A stretch of 56,201 bases of DNA, taken from a virus. Its lineage: Duplodnaviria > Caudoviricetes. This document shows, in pieces, positions 40,258 through 49,105 of the stretch (position 1 is the stretch's first letter; every line of letters begins with the position of its first letter). Location: positions 1 to 56,201 of IMG/VR virus record IMGVR_UViG_3300027777_000045, one strand, 5' to 3'. Position numbers and translations under genes: made by a program. The notes under the pieces were generated by a model that saw nothing but the letters and a program-made list of their open reading frames with translations, made no database searches and was not told the DNA's origin.

Positions 40258-42426
40258 ATGGCAAAGAAACCAACAACTACAACTCTAGCTGATTTAGTTA
40301 ACAGTCCCGAGTATAAAGGAATGAGTGATATAGTAAAAGCTCAGATTGAATCAGCTTTGGCGGAAAGTAAAGGAAAGCCAGCGCCATTACCAAAAAAAAG
40401 TAAAACTGCTATTTCTACAGATGAAGTTCTTGCAAATCCCGCAATGGTTAAAGCAATTAAAGAAAAAATTGGTGAGAAAGCCACAGAAGAATTTTTAAAA
40501 AAAGCAGATGAAAAATCTGCTATCGATGACACGGATAAACCGATCGTTATAGATAAACAAAATAAAGTCAAAAAAACAAAACAGAAAACTAAAAAACAAC
40601 GAGACCTTGAACAACAAGAAAATACACAAAAATCTTTTAAGGATTTTATTTTAGGTAAAGGCAGTAAAGCATTTAATAAAATGTTTCCATTATTGGGAGC
40701 ATTATTAGGTGGTGTGTATCGTGGTGGTGATAAAAATAAAAGTAATGATACATCACAATCAAATACACGTTCATCGGATAGCGGTGTAACTGCAATTTTA
40801 TCCAGTATTGTTAGTAGTCAAAGAACTACCAATTCTATTTTAACAGAAATACTTAATGGTATAATAGGTAATCGAAATAATAATCCATTAGCACCGGGTA
40901 ATAATAATCCAAATACAAACATCGGTGGCGGTGGTGGACTTTTTGATGGTTTAAAAAGTTTATTAAGACTGGTGGGTTTTGCGATAGGTGGAGTTGGTTT
41001 AGGAATAGCCGGAGCGGCAGGTGTTTCAGCTTTACGAAATTCTGGGAATGATCAACAGCAAAGTTCCGACCAAAATACACCACCAAAAACTGTGACAACA
41101 CCAGCAAATACAAGTACTGCTCCTAGATTAATAAGTCCGAATGTTAATAATTATAGCCCTGAACCAACCCCTATGTCAGTTGATGCATCAAGGGCAAATG
41201 CATCACGTGTAAGACTTGCAGGCACAACCGCGGCTCAATTGATGGGTAGAGGTGCACCACCGGCAGGAAGAATTAATAGTGATACCGAAAGGGCTTTTAA
41301 TAGTTTACCACCGGCTCAACGAGGACTTATTAGTCCAAATGTTAATAATTATAATCCCGAACCAGAGCCTATGCGTTTAGGTGCTGCTGGACGAACATTT
41401 GCTGGTGAAGAAAATCCATTAAATCAACAGAAACTAAGTGAAGCAGCACAACTCACAAGACCTATTGAAAATTATATACGATCACTTAATGAATTGGATG
41501 CATCAGAGAACGCTAGTAATAATGTAGAAGGAATTTCCATTCCGCATGATTTGACACAAAGAAATGCATTAGAAAACGGTTTTATACAAAGTTTATCAAC
41601 ATTAAATAATGTTCCTATTTCCGAGCGCCCATCACCCCCAGAAGGTACTTTTGAACGTCTACGTTTAATTAGACAAAGAAGAGGTGAATCAGAACTACCG
41701 CCGATTCCAGGACCACAAGGAGGTGTATTTGCCGGAGAGCAAGATAATAGAAGTCCATCATTAATATCAGTAAATTCTGTCGGTAATTATAATCCCGAAC
41801 CAGCACCATCTGAAACAACCATACCTGGTATACAACAAGCTCAAAGAGCACGTATTGAATTGGCTGGTACCACAGCGGCTCAATTGATGGGTAGAGGTGC
41901 ACCGCCAGCCGGGAGAATTAATAGTGATACCGAAAGGGCTTTTAATAGTATAACACCGGCAACAATTCGTCGCCCAAGGAGTTCAGATCCACTTAATTGG
42001 CAAGGTGGGGGATCAACGCGTTCAAGGGTAAATCAGGGAAATACGTCAAACCCACAATCATCTCAAACTGCAAGACCTATACCATCATCTTCATCATCAA
42101 GCCCACAATCATCTCAAACTGCAAGACCTGTACCATCATCTTCATCATCAAGCCCACAATCATCTCAAACTGCAGGACCTGTACCACAAGCACCATCTGT
42201 AAGTGTAGGGAGAACATTATCCGATGTTTCCACACAAAATGCCATTGCTGAAAGAGCAGTACCTGCAGCACCAACAGCACCGCCAGCGACAGCTGTAGAC
42301 ACACCTGCAACGCCGGCACCAAGAACTGAGCGTTCTGCAAACCCTATTGATCCTGATAACCCAGGGCCATTAGAACCATCTGATGCTAGTATTAGATATA
42401 ATAGATTATTTAGTATGGTTGCATAA
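40258..42426 (+). CDS. Second low-complexity tape-measure/ejection-like protein, a partial paralogue of the upstream gene
   Basis: Shares GSKAFNKMFPxLGxLLGGVYRGG with the upstream gene; one hydrophobic segment LVGFAIGGVGLGIAGAAGV; internal repeats. Confidence 0.6.
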   Translation: MAKKPTTTTLADLVNSPEYKGMSDIVKAQIESALAESKGKPAPLPKKSKTAISTDEVLANPAMVKAIKEKIGEKATEEFLKKADEKSAIDDTDKPIVIDKQNKVKKTKQKTKKQRDLEQQENTQKSFKDFILGKGSKAFNKMFPLLGALLGGVYRGGDKNKSNDTSQSNTRSSDSGVTAILSSIVSSQRTTNSILTEILNGIIGNRNNNPLAPGNNNPNTNIGGGGGLFDGLKSLLRLVGFAIGGVGLGIAGAAGVSALRNSGNDQQQSSDQNTPPKTVTTPANTSTAPRLISPNVNNYSPEPTPMSVDASRANASRVRLAGTTAAQLMGRGAPPAGRINSDTERAFNSLPPAQRGLISPNVNNYNPEPEPMRLGAAGRTFAGEENPLNQQKLSEAAQLTRPIENYIRSLNELDASENASNNVEGISIPHDLTQRNALENGFIQSLSTLNNVPISERPSPPEGTFERLRLIRQRRGESELPPIPGPQGGVFAGEQDNRSPSLISVNSVGNYNPEPAPSETTIPGIQQAQRARIELAGTTAAQLMGRGAPPAGRINSDTERAFNSITPATIRRPRSSDPLNWQGGGSTRSRVNQGNTSNPQSSQTARPIPSSSSSSPQSSQTARPVPSSSSSSPQSSQTAGPVPQAPSVSVGRTLSDVSTQNAIAERAVPAAPTAPPATAVDTPATPAPRTERSANPIDPDNPGPLEPSDASIRYNRLFSMVA
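41215..41949 (+). repeat. 90-bp dispersed direct repeat (41215-41304 and 41860-41949)
   Basis: Both copies encode LAGTTAAQLMGRGAPPAGRINSDTERAFNS with only synonymous differences. Confidence 0.9.
42051..42180 (+). repeat. 51-bp tandem repeat, about 2.5 copies
   Basis: cccacaatcatctcaaactgca(a/g)gacct occurs three times, encoding PQSSQTARP.PSSSSSS. Confidence 0.9.
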
Positions 42427-42453
42427 AAAAAGGGAGACTTTCGTCTCCCTTTT
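42425..42453. terminator. Bidirectional intrinsic terminator
   Basis: AAAAAA-AGGGAGAC-TTTC-GTCTCCCT-TTT between convergent genes. Confidence 0.88.
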
Positions 42454-42458
42454 CAGTA

Positions 42459-43394
42459 TTAACTTGCAAGTCGCTTAAAGAATTCTAAATCTTCACCATC
42501 GTCATCATCATCTGTATTAGTGGATGGTGCAGAGCGCGCAGGCGCCTCACGTTGAGGCGCCGATTCCTTCCAAGGAAGTTCATCCTCATCATTCTGCTTC
42601 CGATTGGCTGCAGCCTGGCGAGAACCAGCAGGGGTACTTTCATCAAGATTAAGAACCTTGTTCAACTTAGCCTTAAGTTCATCATAGGTCTTAAAGTTAG
42701 ATGGAGAAAGGAATGCCTGTAGTGAATGTTCCTGCTTCCAAATAGCCTCAATTTGATTGTCATTTTCAAAAAGAGGAGCAGCAGAGGCAAATTCAGACTT
42801 ATCGTAGTTGCGGTAACCCTCAACATTACGAATCTTAAGCTTGAAATTAGCACCAGACCATGGATCAAAAGGATTCATAGGCTCTTCATCCGCAAACTGA
42901 GGATTCATAGCTTCGTTGAGCTTATCATAAATCTTCTTGCCAAACTTGAACAGCTTAACCTTACCGTTATTTTCAGGATTGGCCTGGTCTTGAATGATAT
43001 AGATATTGCTGATAAAAGTCAACTTACGCTTTTGAGCGCGTGCCTGTTTACGAGTAGGTGAATTATCATCCTCGGAAATATTCCAAAGCTTGGAATTCAA
43101 TTCACCAACTGGGTCGGTCTTACCAATAGTTGTAAGAGAGTTTTCGATATACCAAAGACCGGTAGGGCCCTTGAAACCATGCTCGAACATGCGAATGAAA
43201 GGAACATCTTCATCACTGGGAGCTGGGAGGAATCGAATGACTGCAAAGCCATTACCGGCCTTGTCTACATTAGGATACCAGAAGCGGTCATCGCCCTTGC
43301 TGGATTCACCTTGTGTATTGAGTTTGGCAAGTTCTGCGGTAAGCTTTTCAAGTGAGTTCTTACCAGAATTGCGCTTAAGTTGTGAAAAGTCCAT
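42459..43394 (-). CDS. gp32: Single-stranded DNA-binding protein gp32
   Basis: DDRFWYP..DKAGNGFAVIRFLP; WYIENSLTT; FKFGKKIYDK; GANFKLKIR.VEGYRNYDKSEF; acidic tail. Start is ATG 43394 after GGAG. Confidence 0.96.
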   Translation of the reverse strand: MDFSQLKRNSGKNSLEKLTAELAKLNTQGESSKGDDRFWYPNVDKAGNGFAVIRFLPAPSDEDVPFIRMFEHGFKGPTGLWYIENSLTTIGKTDPVGELNSKLWNISEDDNSPTRKQARAQKRKLTFISNIYIIQDQANPENNGKVKLFKFGKKIYDKLNEAMNPQFADEEPMNPFDPWSGANFKLKIRNVEGYRNYDKSEFASAAPLFENDNQIEAIWKQEHSLQAFLSPSNFKTYDELKAKLNKVLNLDESTPAGSRQAAANRKQNDEDELPWKESAPQREAPARSAPSTNTDDDDDGEDLEFFKRLAS

Positions 43395-43471
43395 GTATAG
43401 TCTCCGTATGTTTTGTATATTTGTATGATCGTATATTTGTATATGAGAGTAAACCCTCATAACTATTTATA
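43395..43471 (-). promoter_or_regulatory. gp32 leader: late promoter, hairpin and repetitive unstructured A/C-rich tract
   Basis: TATAAATA at 43464-43471, then ATGAGGG-TTTA-CTCTCAT, then ATACAAATATAC twice and further ATAC units up to the RBS. Confidence 0.65.
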
Positions 43472-43477
43472 ATATCA

Positions 43478-44056
43478 CTAGACAGAGAAAAAGTCAACCA
43501 ATAGTTTTTTGATTTTCTCTCTATCATACTTAATGAATGGTATATATTTCTTGATAAGAAGTTTAATCTCATTCCATACAACATCATCATTAAGTTCTTT
43601 ATCCCAGTGCTTTAAACATCTGGAAATATCCACCAATACACATAAAGTTTCTGGTGATATGGAATCACTACAGAAAAGCTTAATTAGTATTGGGTGTTGG
43701 TTATCTCTTACTATAAAATTTTCATTGAATGTTTTATTTAGTTTCTTAAGGTCACCAGCAATCATATAAGTCAATGATTGACTTCGTTTCAACCAGTCAA
43801 GATATATTTGTTCAGCTGATTCATCATAAGCTATTTCACGGATAAAACATTTAGGATTTTGTATAAAATTAGCAAGCATAAGATTATGTGCGTCTCTATG
43901 CTTTGCAACTTTTTCAAAAAGAAATTTATCTTTACGCTTATTAAAAGATTCTAAATTTGCAGTTATTTTGCTGTTATATCTAAAGTAGTTATACCCAAGT
44001 AAATTAAAATGATTTTTTAAAGCAAGATAATCTTTATACACCTCAAATGATGTCAT
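43478..44056 (-). CDS. gp59: Helicase loader gp59
   Basis: FEVYKDYLALKNHF...YNYFRYN..SFNKRKDKFLFEK; HPILIK; ISPETL; adjacent to gp32 and gp33. Confidence 0.9.
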   Translation of the reverse strand: MTSFEVYKDYLALKNHFNLLGYNYFRYNSKITANLESFNKRKDKFLFEKVAKHRDAHNLMLANFIQNPKCFIREIAYDESAEQIYLDWLKRSQSLTYMIAGDLKKLNKTFNENFIVRDNQHPILIKLFCSDSISPETLCVLVDISRCLKHWDKELNDDVVWNEIKLLIKKYIPFIKYDREKIKKLLVDFFSV

Positions 44057-44271
44057 ATAGGTAGTCGTGCAGTCTTCTTGAGGATATTCAGATTTTCGGC
44101 TTCACACGTGATATTAGAAAGAATTGTAGGATCTTTCTTGATCAGTGATGCTGCATATTCTGGTTCGAGACTATTTACATCACACCAATGAATTACAGCA
44201 TCAATAAATTCCATTCCTTTCTCTTCACATAATTGACGAATATCGGTTGAGAAATTAACATTCTTAATCAT
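44053..44271 (-). CDS. gp33: Late transcription co-activator gp33
   Basis: MEFIDAVIHWCDVNSLEPE..ASLI...EAENLNILKKTARLP; synteny 33-59-32. Confidence 0.88.
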   Translation of the reverse strand: MIKNVNFSTDIRQLCEEKGMEFIDAVIHWCDVNSLEPEYAASLIKKDPTILSNITCEAENLNILKKTARLPI

Positions 44272-44488
44272 TAGATAGTAACTCCGGAAAAAATTTAATT
44301 AATGCTTTTCCTAAAAAATGAACAAATGCATAGTAGCACCATATCCATATAAAAAACATGTACATATAACCAGCAAGATAAGGATATGCTGTATTATAAA
44401 TTGCACCTACAAAAAGCAAACTGAATAACAGATATGCTAGACCACCAAGTCTATTGCGCTTTGGAATTTCTTTTGCCATCAGTCCCAA
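44264..44488 (-). CDS. Small two-TM membrane protein
   Basis: Two hydrophobic stretches; overlaps both neighbours. Confidence 0.6.
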   Translation of the reverse strand: MGLMAKEIPKRNRLGGLAYLLFSLLFVGAIYNTAYPYLAGYMYMFFIWIWCYYAFVHFLGKALIKFFPELLSND

Positions 44489-45114
44489 AGTGCCTCGTAA
44501 TACTTAGCAAAAAGACGGCGACCGTTCTTCATTCTTTCACGATGTGCTGCAACACCCTTTTCATCAACCGTAAAAGTATCCTTAGGGCCCTTCTTCATAA
44601 CACCATCTTCAAAAATAAGATCAGACTCACCACTGTAATACTGCTCTTCCCAATTTGACATATGCTGTTCAAATGCCCAGATCATTTCACCGAGAACCCA
44701 TTCCCAACGAGGAAACCAATTTTCGTCTGTGTCACCTGAGTTCTTTTGATCTTCAGACAAAACAGGAGCAGAAATGGTCTGAAGTTCCAAAGGAACATCC
44801 TCATCATCAATGAAAGGCGCGCCATACTTATTTTTACTGAGTTCTCTGAGCATAGGAACAATAATCATTGCTAGTGTGTGATCCATCGACCAGACATCGT
44901 AATCATCAATGTGGATATTCAGCTTGCGTTCCTTAAAGGTATCTACCCAACGACAGAAACGATAAAGAGCTGAATCAGTACCATCCTTATTCGTTGCCAA
45001 CCAGTCGCCAAGTTTTTCCACTATATCAGAATTCTTATCTTTCCAAAAAAGAATACCTTCAGCAATCTGATATGGACCAATAAAGTTCTTGTAGGGCCCA
45101 AAATAGATCTTCAT
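44479..45114 (-). CDS. Conserved phage hypothetical protein
   Basis: IHIDDYDVWSMDHTLAMIIVPML...WEWVLGEMIWAF...GRRLFAKYYEALWD; GGAG RBS. Confidence 0.75.
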   Translation of the reverse strand: MKIYFGPYKNFIGPYQIAEGILFWKDKNSDIVEKLGDWLATNKDGTDSALYRFCRWVDTFKERKLNIHIDDYDVWSMDHTLAMIIVPMLRELSKNKYGAPFIDDEDVPLELQTISAPVLSEDQKNSGDTDENWFPRWEWVLGEMIWAFEQHMSNWEEQYYSGESDLIFEDGVMKKGPKDTFTVDEKGVAAHRERMKNGRRLFAKYYEALWD

Positions 45115-45290
45115 TCAAATTCTCCTTCAAAAGCACAAAAAGCACTAATGACTGTAGCACCTACATTATCCAAAACCGTCAATGCTGATACAGCATCACC
45201 AATACATTGACTGGGAGTGGTTGAAGCCAAATGAATATTTCTAACTTCTCCATTAAAAAGAAAAGTAATAAAAAGAATTGTGGTAAGCAA
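45111..45290 (-). CDS. 59-aa hypothetical with a hydrophobic N-terminus (TTG start); absent from the track
   Basis: LLTTILFITFLFNGEVRNIHLASTTPSQCIGDAVSALTVLDNVGATVISAFCAFEGEFE fills the gap, with an ATGA overlap and a GGAG upstream. Confidence 0.5.
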   Translation of the reverse strand: MLTTILFITFLFNGEVRNIHLASTTPSQCIGDAVSALTVLDNVGATVISAFCAFEGEFE

Positions 45291-45292
45291 TT

Positions 45293-45703
45293 TTATGTCT
45301 CCGACTTATTTGTTTTAAAATCACTGTGATCATGGCAGGTTCTACGATAACCATCATCATCTGTAGGGAAACCGCAACTTGCATAATTATAACAGCCAGG
45401 TTCGTCACAGATCAAAAGAGCAGACTTGAGTTCTTTGTTATCAATCTTTTGTTCTTTGACAACATCGGCAAGATTTTCACGATATGAATAATCCAACTCA
45501 TTTGAGATATTCATACCACCTGCTGAATATAGCGGTACGTATGCATCAAGATCAAAGCCAAGACGATCATAAATCAAATATCGGAATGATCCAGGATCTC
45601 TTCCGTGTTCATCAATCTTGCTGATAACCCATGCAGCAATATCTAGCCTGGTTTGATAATCATATTTTGAGACTAATTCATCATAGTCAATCTTTTCGAA
45701 CAT
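45293..45703 (-). CDS. Hypothetical protein with a C-terminal Cys/His cluster
   Basis: GSFRYLIYDRLGF..DAY; CDEPGC...C...YRRTCHDH; AAGGTG RBS. Confidence 0.7.
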   Translation of the reverse strand: MFEKIDYDELVSKYDYQTRLDIAAWVISKIDEHGRDPGSFRYLIYDRLGFDLDAYVPLYSAGGMNISNELDYSYRENLADVVKEQKIDNKELKSALLICDEPGCYNYASCGFPTDDDGYRRTCHDHSDFKTNKSET

Positions 45704-45718
45704 ATATCACCTTTGAAA

Positions 45719-45796
45719 TGGTGGACCCGGTAGGACTCGAACCTACGACCAAACCGTTATGAGCGGTCCGCTACTAACCAACTGAGCTACAGGTCC
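45719..45796 (-). tRNA. tRNA with CAT anticodon, Ile2 (lysidine)-like
   Basis: GGACCTGTAGCTCAGTTGGTTAGTAGCGGACCGCTCATAACGGTTTGGTCGTAGGTTCGAGTCCTACCGGGTCCACCA; encoded CCA; body resembles bacterial tRNA-Ile2 rather than Met. Confidence 0.88.
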
Positions 45797-45802
45797 AAAT
45801 AT

Positions 45803-45878
45803 TGGCGGTCCCGAGAGGATTCGAACCCCTATCGTACGGCTTAGAAGGCCGATGCCTTATCCCTTAGACCACGGAACC
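45803..45878 (-). tRNA. tRNA-Arg(TCT)
   Basis: GGTTCCGTGGTCTAAGGGATAAGGCATCGGCCTTCTAAGCCGTACGATAGGGGTTCGAATCCTCTCGGGACCGCCA; anticodon loop CTTCTAA; encoded CCA. Confidence 0.9.
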
Positions 45879-45887
45879 AATATAGTT

Positions 45888-45916
45888 ATTATATCATACT
45901 TTTGAATGGCTGTCAA
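45888..45916 (-). promoter_or_regulatory. Sigma70 early promoter for the tRNAs
   Basis: TTGACA-17-TATAAT with TG extension. Confidence 0.85.
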
Positions 45917-45919
45917 CCA

Positions 45920-46207
45920 TTAATTATAAGATTCCTGCAACTGAAATACCGACCAACGAACTCCAGGATTACTGACTGGCTTAAAGACACTAGCATAAGA
46001 ATCTTTACCACCAGCAAGACTTGGAACAGTTACAATGAAGCATTTTTCCATAGCACCCCAGGGTGTCTTAACTCTCTTATAATAACCATAAGAAGGTTCT
46101 AGACCATCCTTCTCGCCTTTCTTATTATAGCGATACCCTGGGACTTGTACTCGTTCACCATCAATAATAACATAGTCAAAGTTGTTGGTTTTGTTTTGTT
46201 TTGCCAT
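45920..46207 (-). CDS. Hypothetical protein
   Basis: 95-aa ORF co-oriented with its neighbours. Confidence 0.6.
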   Translation of the reverse strand: MAKQNKTNNFDYVIIDGERVQVPGYRYNKKGEKDGLEPSYGYYKRVKTPWGAMEKCFIVTVPSLAGGKDSYASVFKPVSNPGVRWSVFQLQESYN

Positions 46208-46211
46208 AATC

Positions 46212-47336
46212 TTATGCTTTCAAAAGGATGGTATTTTCGTTAATGCGATGTTGCAATGTTGCTGTTTTTAACTTTTCCAAATTCTTAAGAAATGCCCTAC
46301 GACCACTGCGGAAGACCATTTCAATATTTACCTCTACATTTCTGCCGAGTTTATAAGTTTTACTTTTTTCTTCATCATAGTTTAAGATAGTAGTTCCTTT
46401 GACATCCAGACCTGACTCGGTTGAAGCAATGAACTGTGTGAGTGTCTTGTACTTAGTATTAAATGTAAGTAATTCACCAGAGCCTAAGATCTTTTCGGGA
46501 TTGATGGATACCACCTTAAAGTCCTTACTTTCAGTTTGGAACTTTAGATCCTTGAGTTTCTTATCGGATGAAATTACTTTCTTCTTACGGACGATTTGTT
46601 TCTTATTTGCACCATGGCGCTGACAGTCAGCCACAATACTCGAGTAAAATGCCGCTCTCTTCTTCAACTCGGCACTGGTGTAATGGTTATACCCTTCTTT
46701 GACATTAGTGCTGGTGAGAGACAGATTAGCCTCTTCGGCGATTGGTGCGTAAAATTCCTGAACAATCTTTGCTTGGTTCGAGGGAATCTGTTTATTCTGC
46801 AGCCATTCATACATGGATAATGTCCAACCTGACTTATCTATGGCTTCCTCAAACTCACCGATAAAGTCAGATATCTTGGCACTTGGTTTACGAACTTTAA
46901 CAGTCACTTCTTCGGAGACTGGTTCATCAGAAACTTCTAATGCTTTATTCAAAGTCGACTTGGAAAACATCTCCGTCAACCTAAACCTAAACTTTTTTAC
47001 ATGAGGCATTTCAAGAATACCACCACGATTCAGAATACGTGCATACCAAGCAGCCGTAACACTAATCCAAATGTCTGGCACTGTTGCCAACATTTCCAGA
47101 TTAGTATCCTCACCTTGAATTTTAAAAAAATCTTGAAGATACTGACGAGCATCTGATCTGGTACACATGTAATTATACCAACCAAAGATCTTCGTTATAG
47201 TCATATCGTCAAGTTCAACAATACCCTTGACTACCGGTTCTTCACCCATGAACTTTAAATCAGCAATGTATTGTGCAGTTTTACCTACACGTTCATTCTT
47301 TTTAGGTTTGGGTTTAGTCAACCGGGCCATCGGCAT
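46212..47336 (-). CDS. Conserved T4-like hypothetical protein
   Basis: KFMGEEP; WYNYM; VSINPEKILGS.EL..FNTKYK.L; GLDVKGTTI; RINENTILLK; has its own promoter and RBS. Confidence 0.75.
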   Translation of the reverse strand: MPMARLTKPKPKKNERVGKTAQYIADLKFMGEEPVVKGIVELDDMTITKIFGWYNYMCTRSDARQYLQDFFKIQGEDTNLEMLATVPDIWISVTAAWYARILNRGGILEMPHVKKFRFRLTEMFSKSTLNKALEVSDEPVSEEVTVKVRKPSAKISDFIGEFEEAIDKSGWTLSMYEWLQNKQIPSNQAKIVQEFYAPIAEEANLSLTSTNVKEGYNHYTSAELKKRAAFYSSIVADCQRHGANKKQIVRKKKVISSDKKLKDLKFQTESKDFKVVSINPEKILGSGELLTFNTKYKTLTQFIASTESGLDVKGTTILNYDEEKSKTYKLGRNVEVNIEMVFRSGRRAFLKNLEKLKTATLQHRINENTILLKA

Positions 47337-47357
47337 ATCCTTTTCGATTTATAAGTT

Positions 47358-47386
47358 ATAATATCATAAACTATGAGAGTTGTCAA
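47358..47386 (-). promoter_or_regulatory. Sigma70 early promoter
   Basis: TTGACA-17-TATTAT with TG extension. Confidence 0.75.
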
Positions 47387-47699
47387 TCACTTTTTTATCA
47401 ACCCTCTTCATGCTCTTAGCGCTCTCGGGGATGATAAACGCTTCGAAGTCACGACCTTTGGTAACATATCCCATTCCATATGCCATCTTCTCAGTTGAAT
47501 CACCACTCAATCTCTGAGCAATGATAGCAGCGGTGAATGAATGGTTGGCAAAACCGATCTTGATACAAGGTCCCCAAATTTCAGCATTCAAATCATCAAC
47601 ATACCTACCACCGGACACGCCACATTCACAAGTCCTATCCGCGTTTTTTCTGAGTGTCACTAGATCATGACACTTTTCACAGAAAATAAGCTTCATCAA
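47364..47699 (-). CDS. Putative Zn-binding hypothetical protein
   Basis: CEKCHD...TCECG. Confidence 0.65.
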   Translation of the reverse strand: MMKLIFCEKCHDLVTLRKNADRTCECGVSGGRYVDDLNAEIWGPCIKIGFANHSFTAAIIAQRLSGDSTEKMAYGMGYVTKGRDFEAFIIPESAKSMKRVDKKVIDNSHSL

Positions 47700-48004
47700 A
47701 CCTCCTTTGATACAGTGCTATATGAAATAGTATTATCCCAACGATCAGCATTATGCTTATTCCGAAGGGCAGTAATATTTTGATCATGAGCAAGACTTTG
47801 TGCACTTATATTAGTAAGAGCCCAAACTTCCTGTTCAATCTTATCCACAACGGTTGTCTTCTTCATAATTGTTGTAACAAGGAACTTCTTATTATTCTTG
47901 TTCTTCTTGTGACGCTTGATATATTCCTTCATGAATCCATAAGGTCTATTCTCCCAAATGTCATCAAGATCAGTACGAGAAACTTTCATATAATAAACCT
48001 CCAA
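47696..48004 (-). CDS. Hypothetical protein
   Basis: Likely start is MKVSRTD (ATG 47989) after GGAGG. Confidence 0.6.
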   Translation of the reverse strand: MEVYYMKVSRTDLDDIWENRPYGFMKEYIKRHKKNKNNKKFLVTTIMKKTTVVDKIEQEVWALTNISAQSLAHDQNITALRNKHNADRWDNTISYSTVSKEV

Positions 48005-48027
48005 AAGAGGGGGGGTTTCCCCTCCCC
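48003..48027 (-). terminator. Intrinsic terminator after the DUF932 gene
   Basis: GGGGAGGG-GAAA-CCCCCCCTC-TTTT. Confidence 0.75.
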
Positions 48028-48034
48028 AGTTGAT

Positions 48035-48988
48035 TTAGGCCGCTTCCGCCATTTCGATAGCGGTCTCAAGAGCACGAACCTTGAGGTTCTTGTTTGAACC
48101 ATACCAGGCTGAAGTCATCCGGGTATCGGTAGAGCGACCGATGAGGTGATCGGTCATATAGGTAGTGGCATTAAACGCCTGCCACCAGGATCCAGCAGCA
48201 TATTCGGCACCAGGCTGAGTCTCAAGAATACCAAGAGCGGTCCGAGCATTCTTGGTGATTTCAGAGCGCTTGGCATTTTCCGAGGCAGGAAACACACGCT
48301 TGAAGTACTCAACCACGTTTTCATCACTGTAGCGCTTAGAACCGAGGAACTGAGCCATTTCCTTGTACTGGGCAAGCTTTTCGGCTGCAACACCGAGCAT
48401 CAACTTAGTCTGGTCACCGTTAAACTCACGACGGTGGCTGATCTTGACCATACGCTCGACCTTGGTATTGAGCGACAAAGTCAAAGTGTTGTTACACACC
48501 ACACGGATCGGAGTGAACCGAACATCGGTGCTGCAGCCATACTTATGGAAGTTGGTGAAGTGCAGGTAAGAGTCAACCTTATCACCACCAAATAACTCGA
48601 ATGAATCCTTCACCTTAGCCAGAGCCCAGACAATCTTGCCGTCACAGAGACTACCAGCGGTGTGCATTTCCATGTCACCCTCAGCAATGAAGTCGTTAAA
48701 GAACTCGAAAGCCTCAGAGTTCTGCACCGGATTCCAGTCATCCGAAACCACATCAACGATCTTGCTATCGCTAGAGCGAACCAGAGCAGACCAACCGACA
48801 TTAACATTCTTGCCGGCAACCTTAGCAAAGGCAGGGACCTTATTGACCTCCCAATTCAGACCAGCTGCATCGAGCATCTGTTCGGGGGTAAGATCGCCGG
48901 GTACCCGAGTACCCAGACCGTGCCAAGGCACATCACCGGCATATGCCATCTGAGCCTTACCGTCAACCATTTCGATATTATGAGCCAT
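48035..48988 (-). CDS. DUF932 (phage/plasmid-like TIGR03299) family protein
   Basis: MAH.IE...MAY.G.VPWHGLG; AGLNWEV; PVQNSEAFEFF; HTAGSL.DGK.VW.LA; FTPIRVVCNNTL. Confidence 0.9.
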   Translation of the reverse strand: MAHNIEMVDGKAQMAYAGDVPWHGLGTRVPGDLTPEQMLDAAGLNWEVNKVPAFAKVAGKNVNVGWSALVRSSDSKIVDVVSDDWNPVQNSEAFEFFNDFIAEGDMEMHTAGSLCDGKIVWALAKVKDSFELFGGDKVDSYLHFTNFHKYGCSTDVRFTPIRVVCNNTLTLSLNTKVERMVKISHRREFNGDQTKLMLGVAAEKLAQYKEMAQFLGSKRYSDENVVEYFKRVFPASENAKRSEITKNARTALGILETQPGAEYAAGSWWQAFNATTYMTDHLIGRSTDTRMTSAWYGSNKNLKVRALETAIEMAEAA

Positions 48989-49035
48989 TATATAAACCTT
49001 TCATATGATGGGCGATATGCCCTGTTAATAAAGTT

Positions 49036-49064
49036 ATTATAACAAACTTTGGGGGTAATGTCAA
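49036..49064 (-). promoter_or_regulatory. Sigma70 early promoter
   Basis: TTGACA-17-TATAAT; near-duplicate of the 52212 promoter. Confidence 0.85.
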
Positions 49065-49105
49065 CCAAAATTTTGCGGTTTTCAAAACTTTTTTGTTAAC
49101 ATTTT

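Noticed and set aside
43395-43460. 22-aa N-terminal extension of gp32 in the ORF track
   Set aside because: ATG 43394 has a GGAG RBS and matches family starts; the extension overlaps the leader hairpin and repeats
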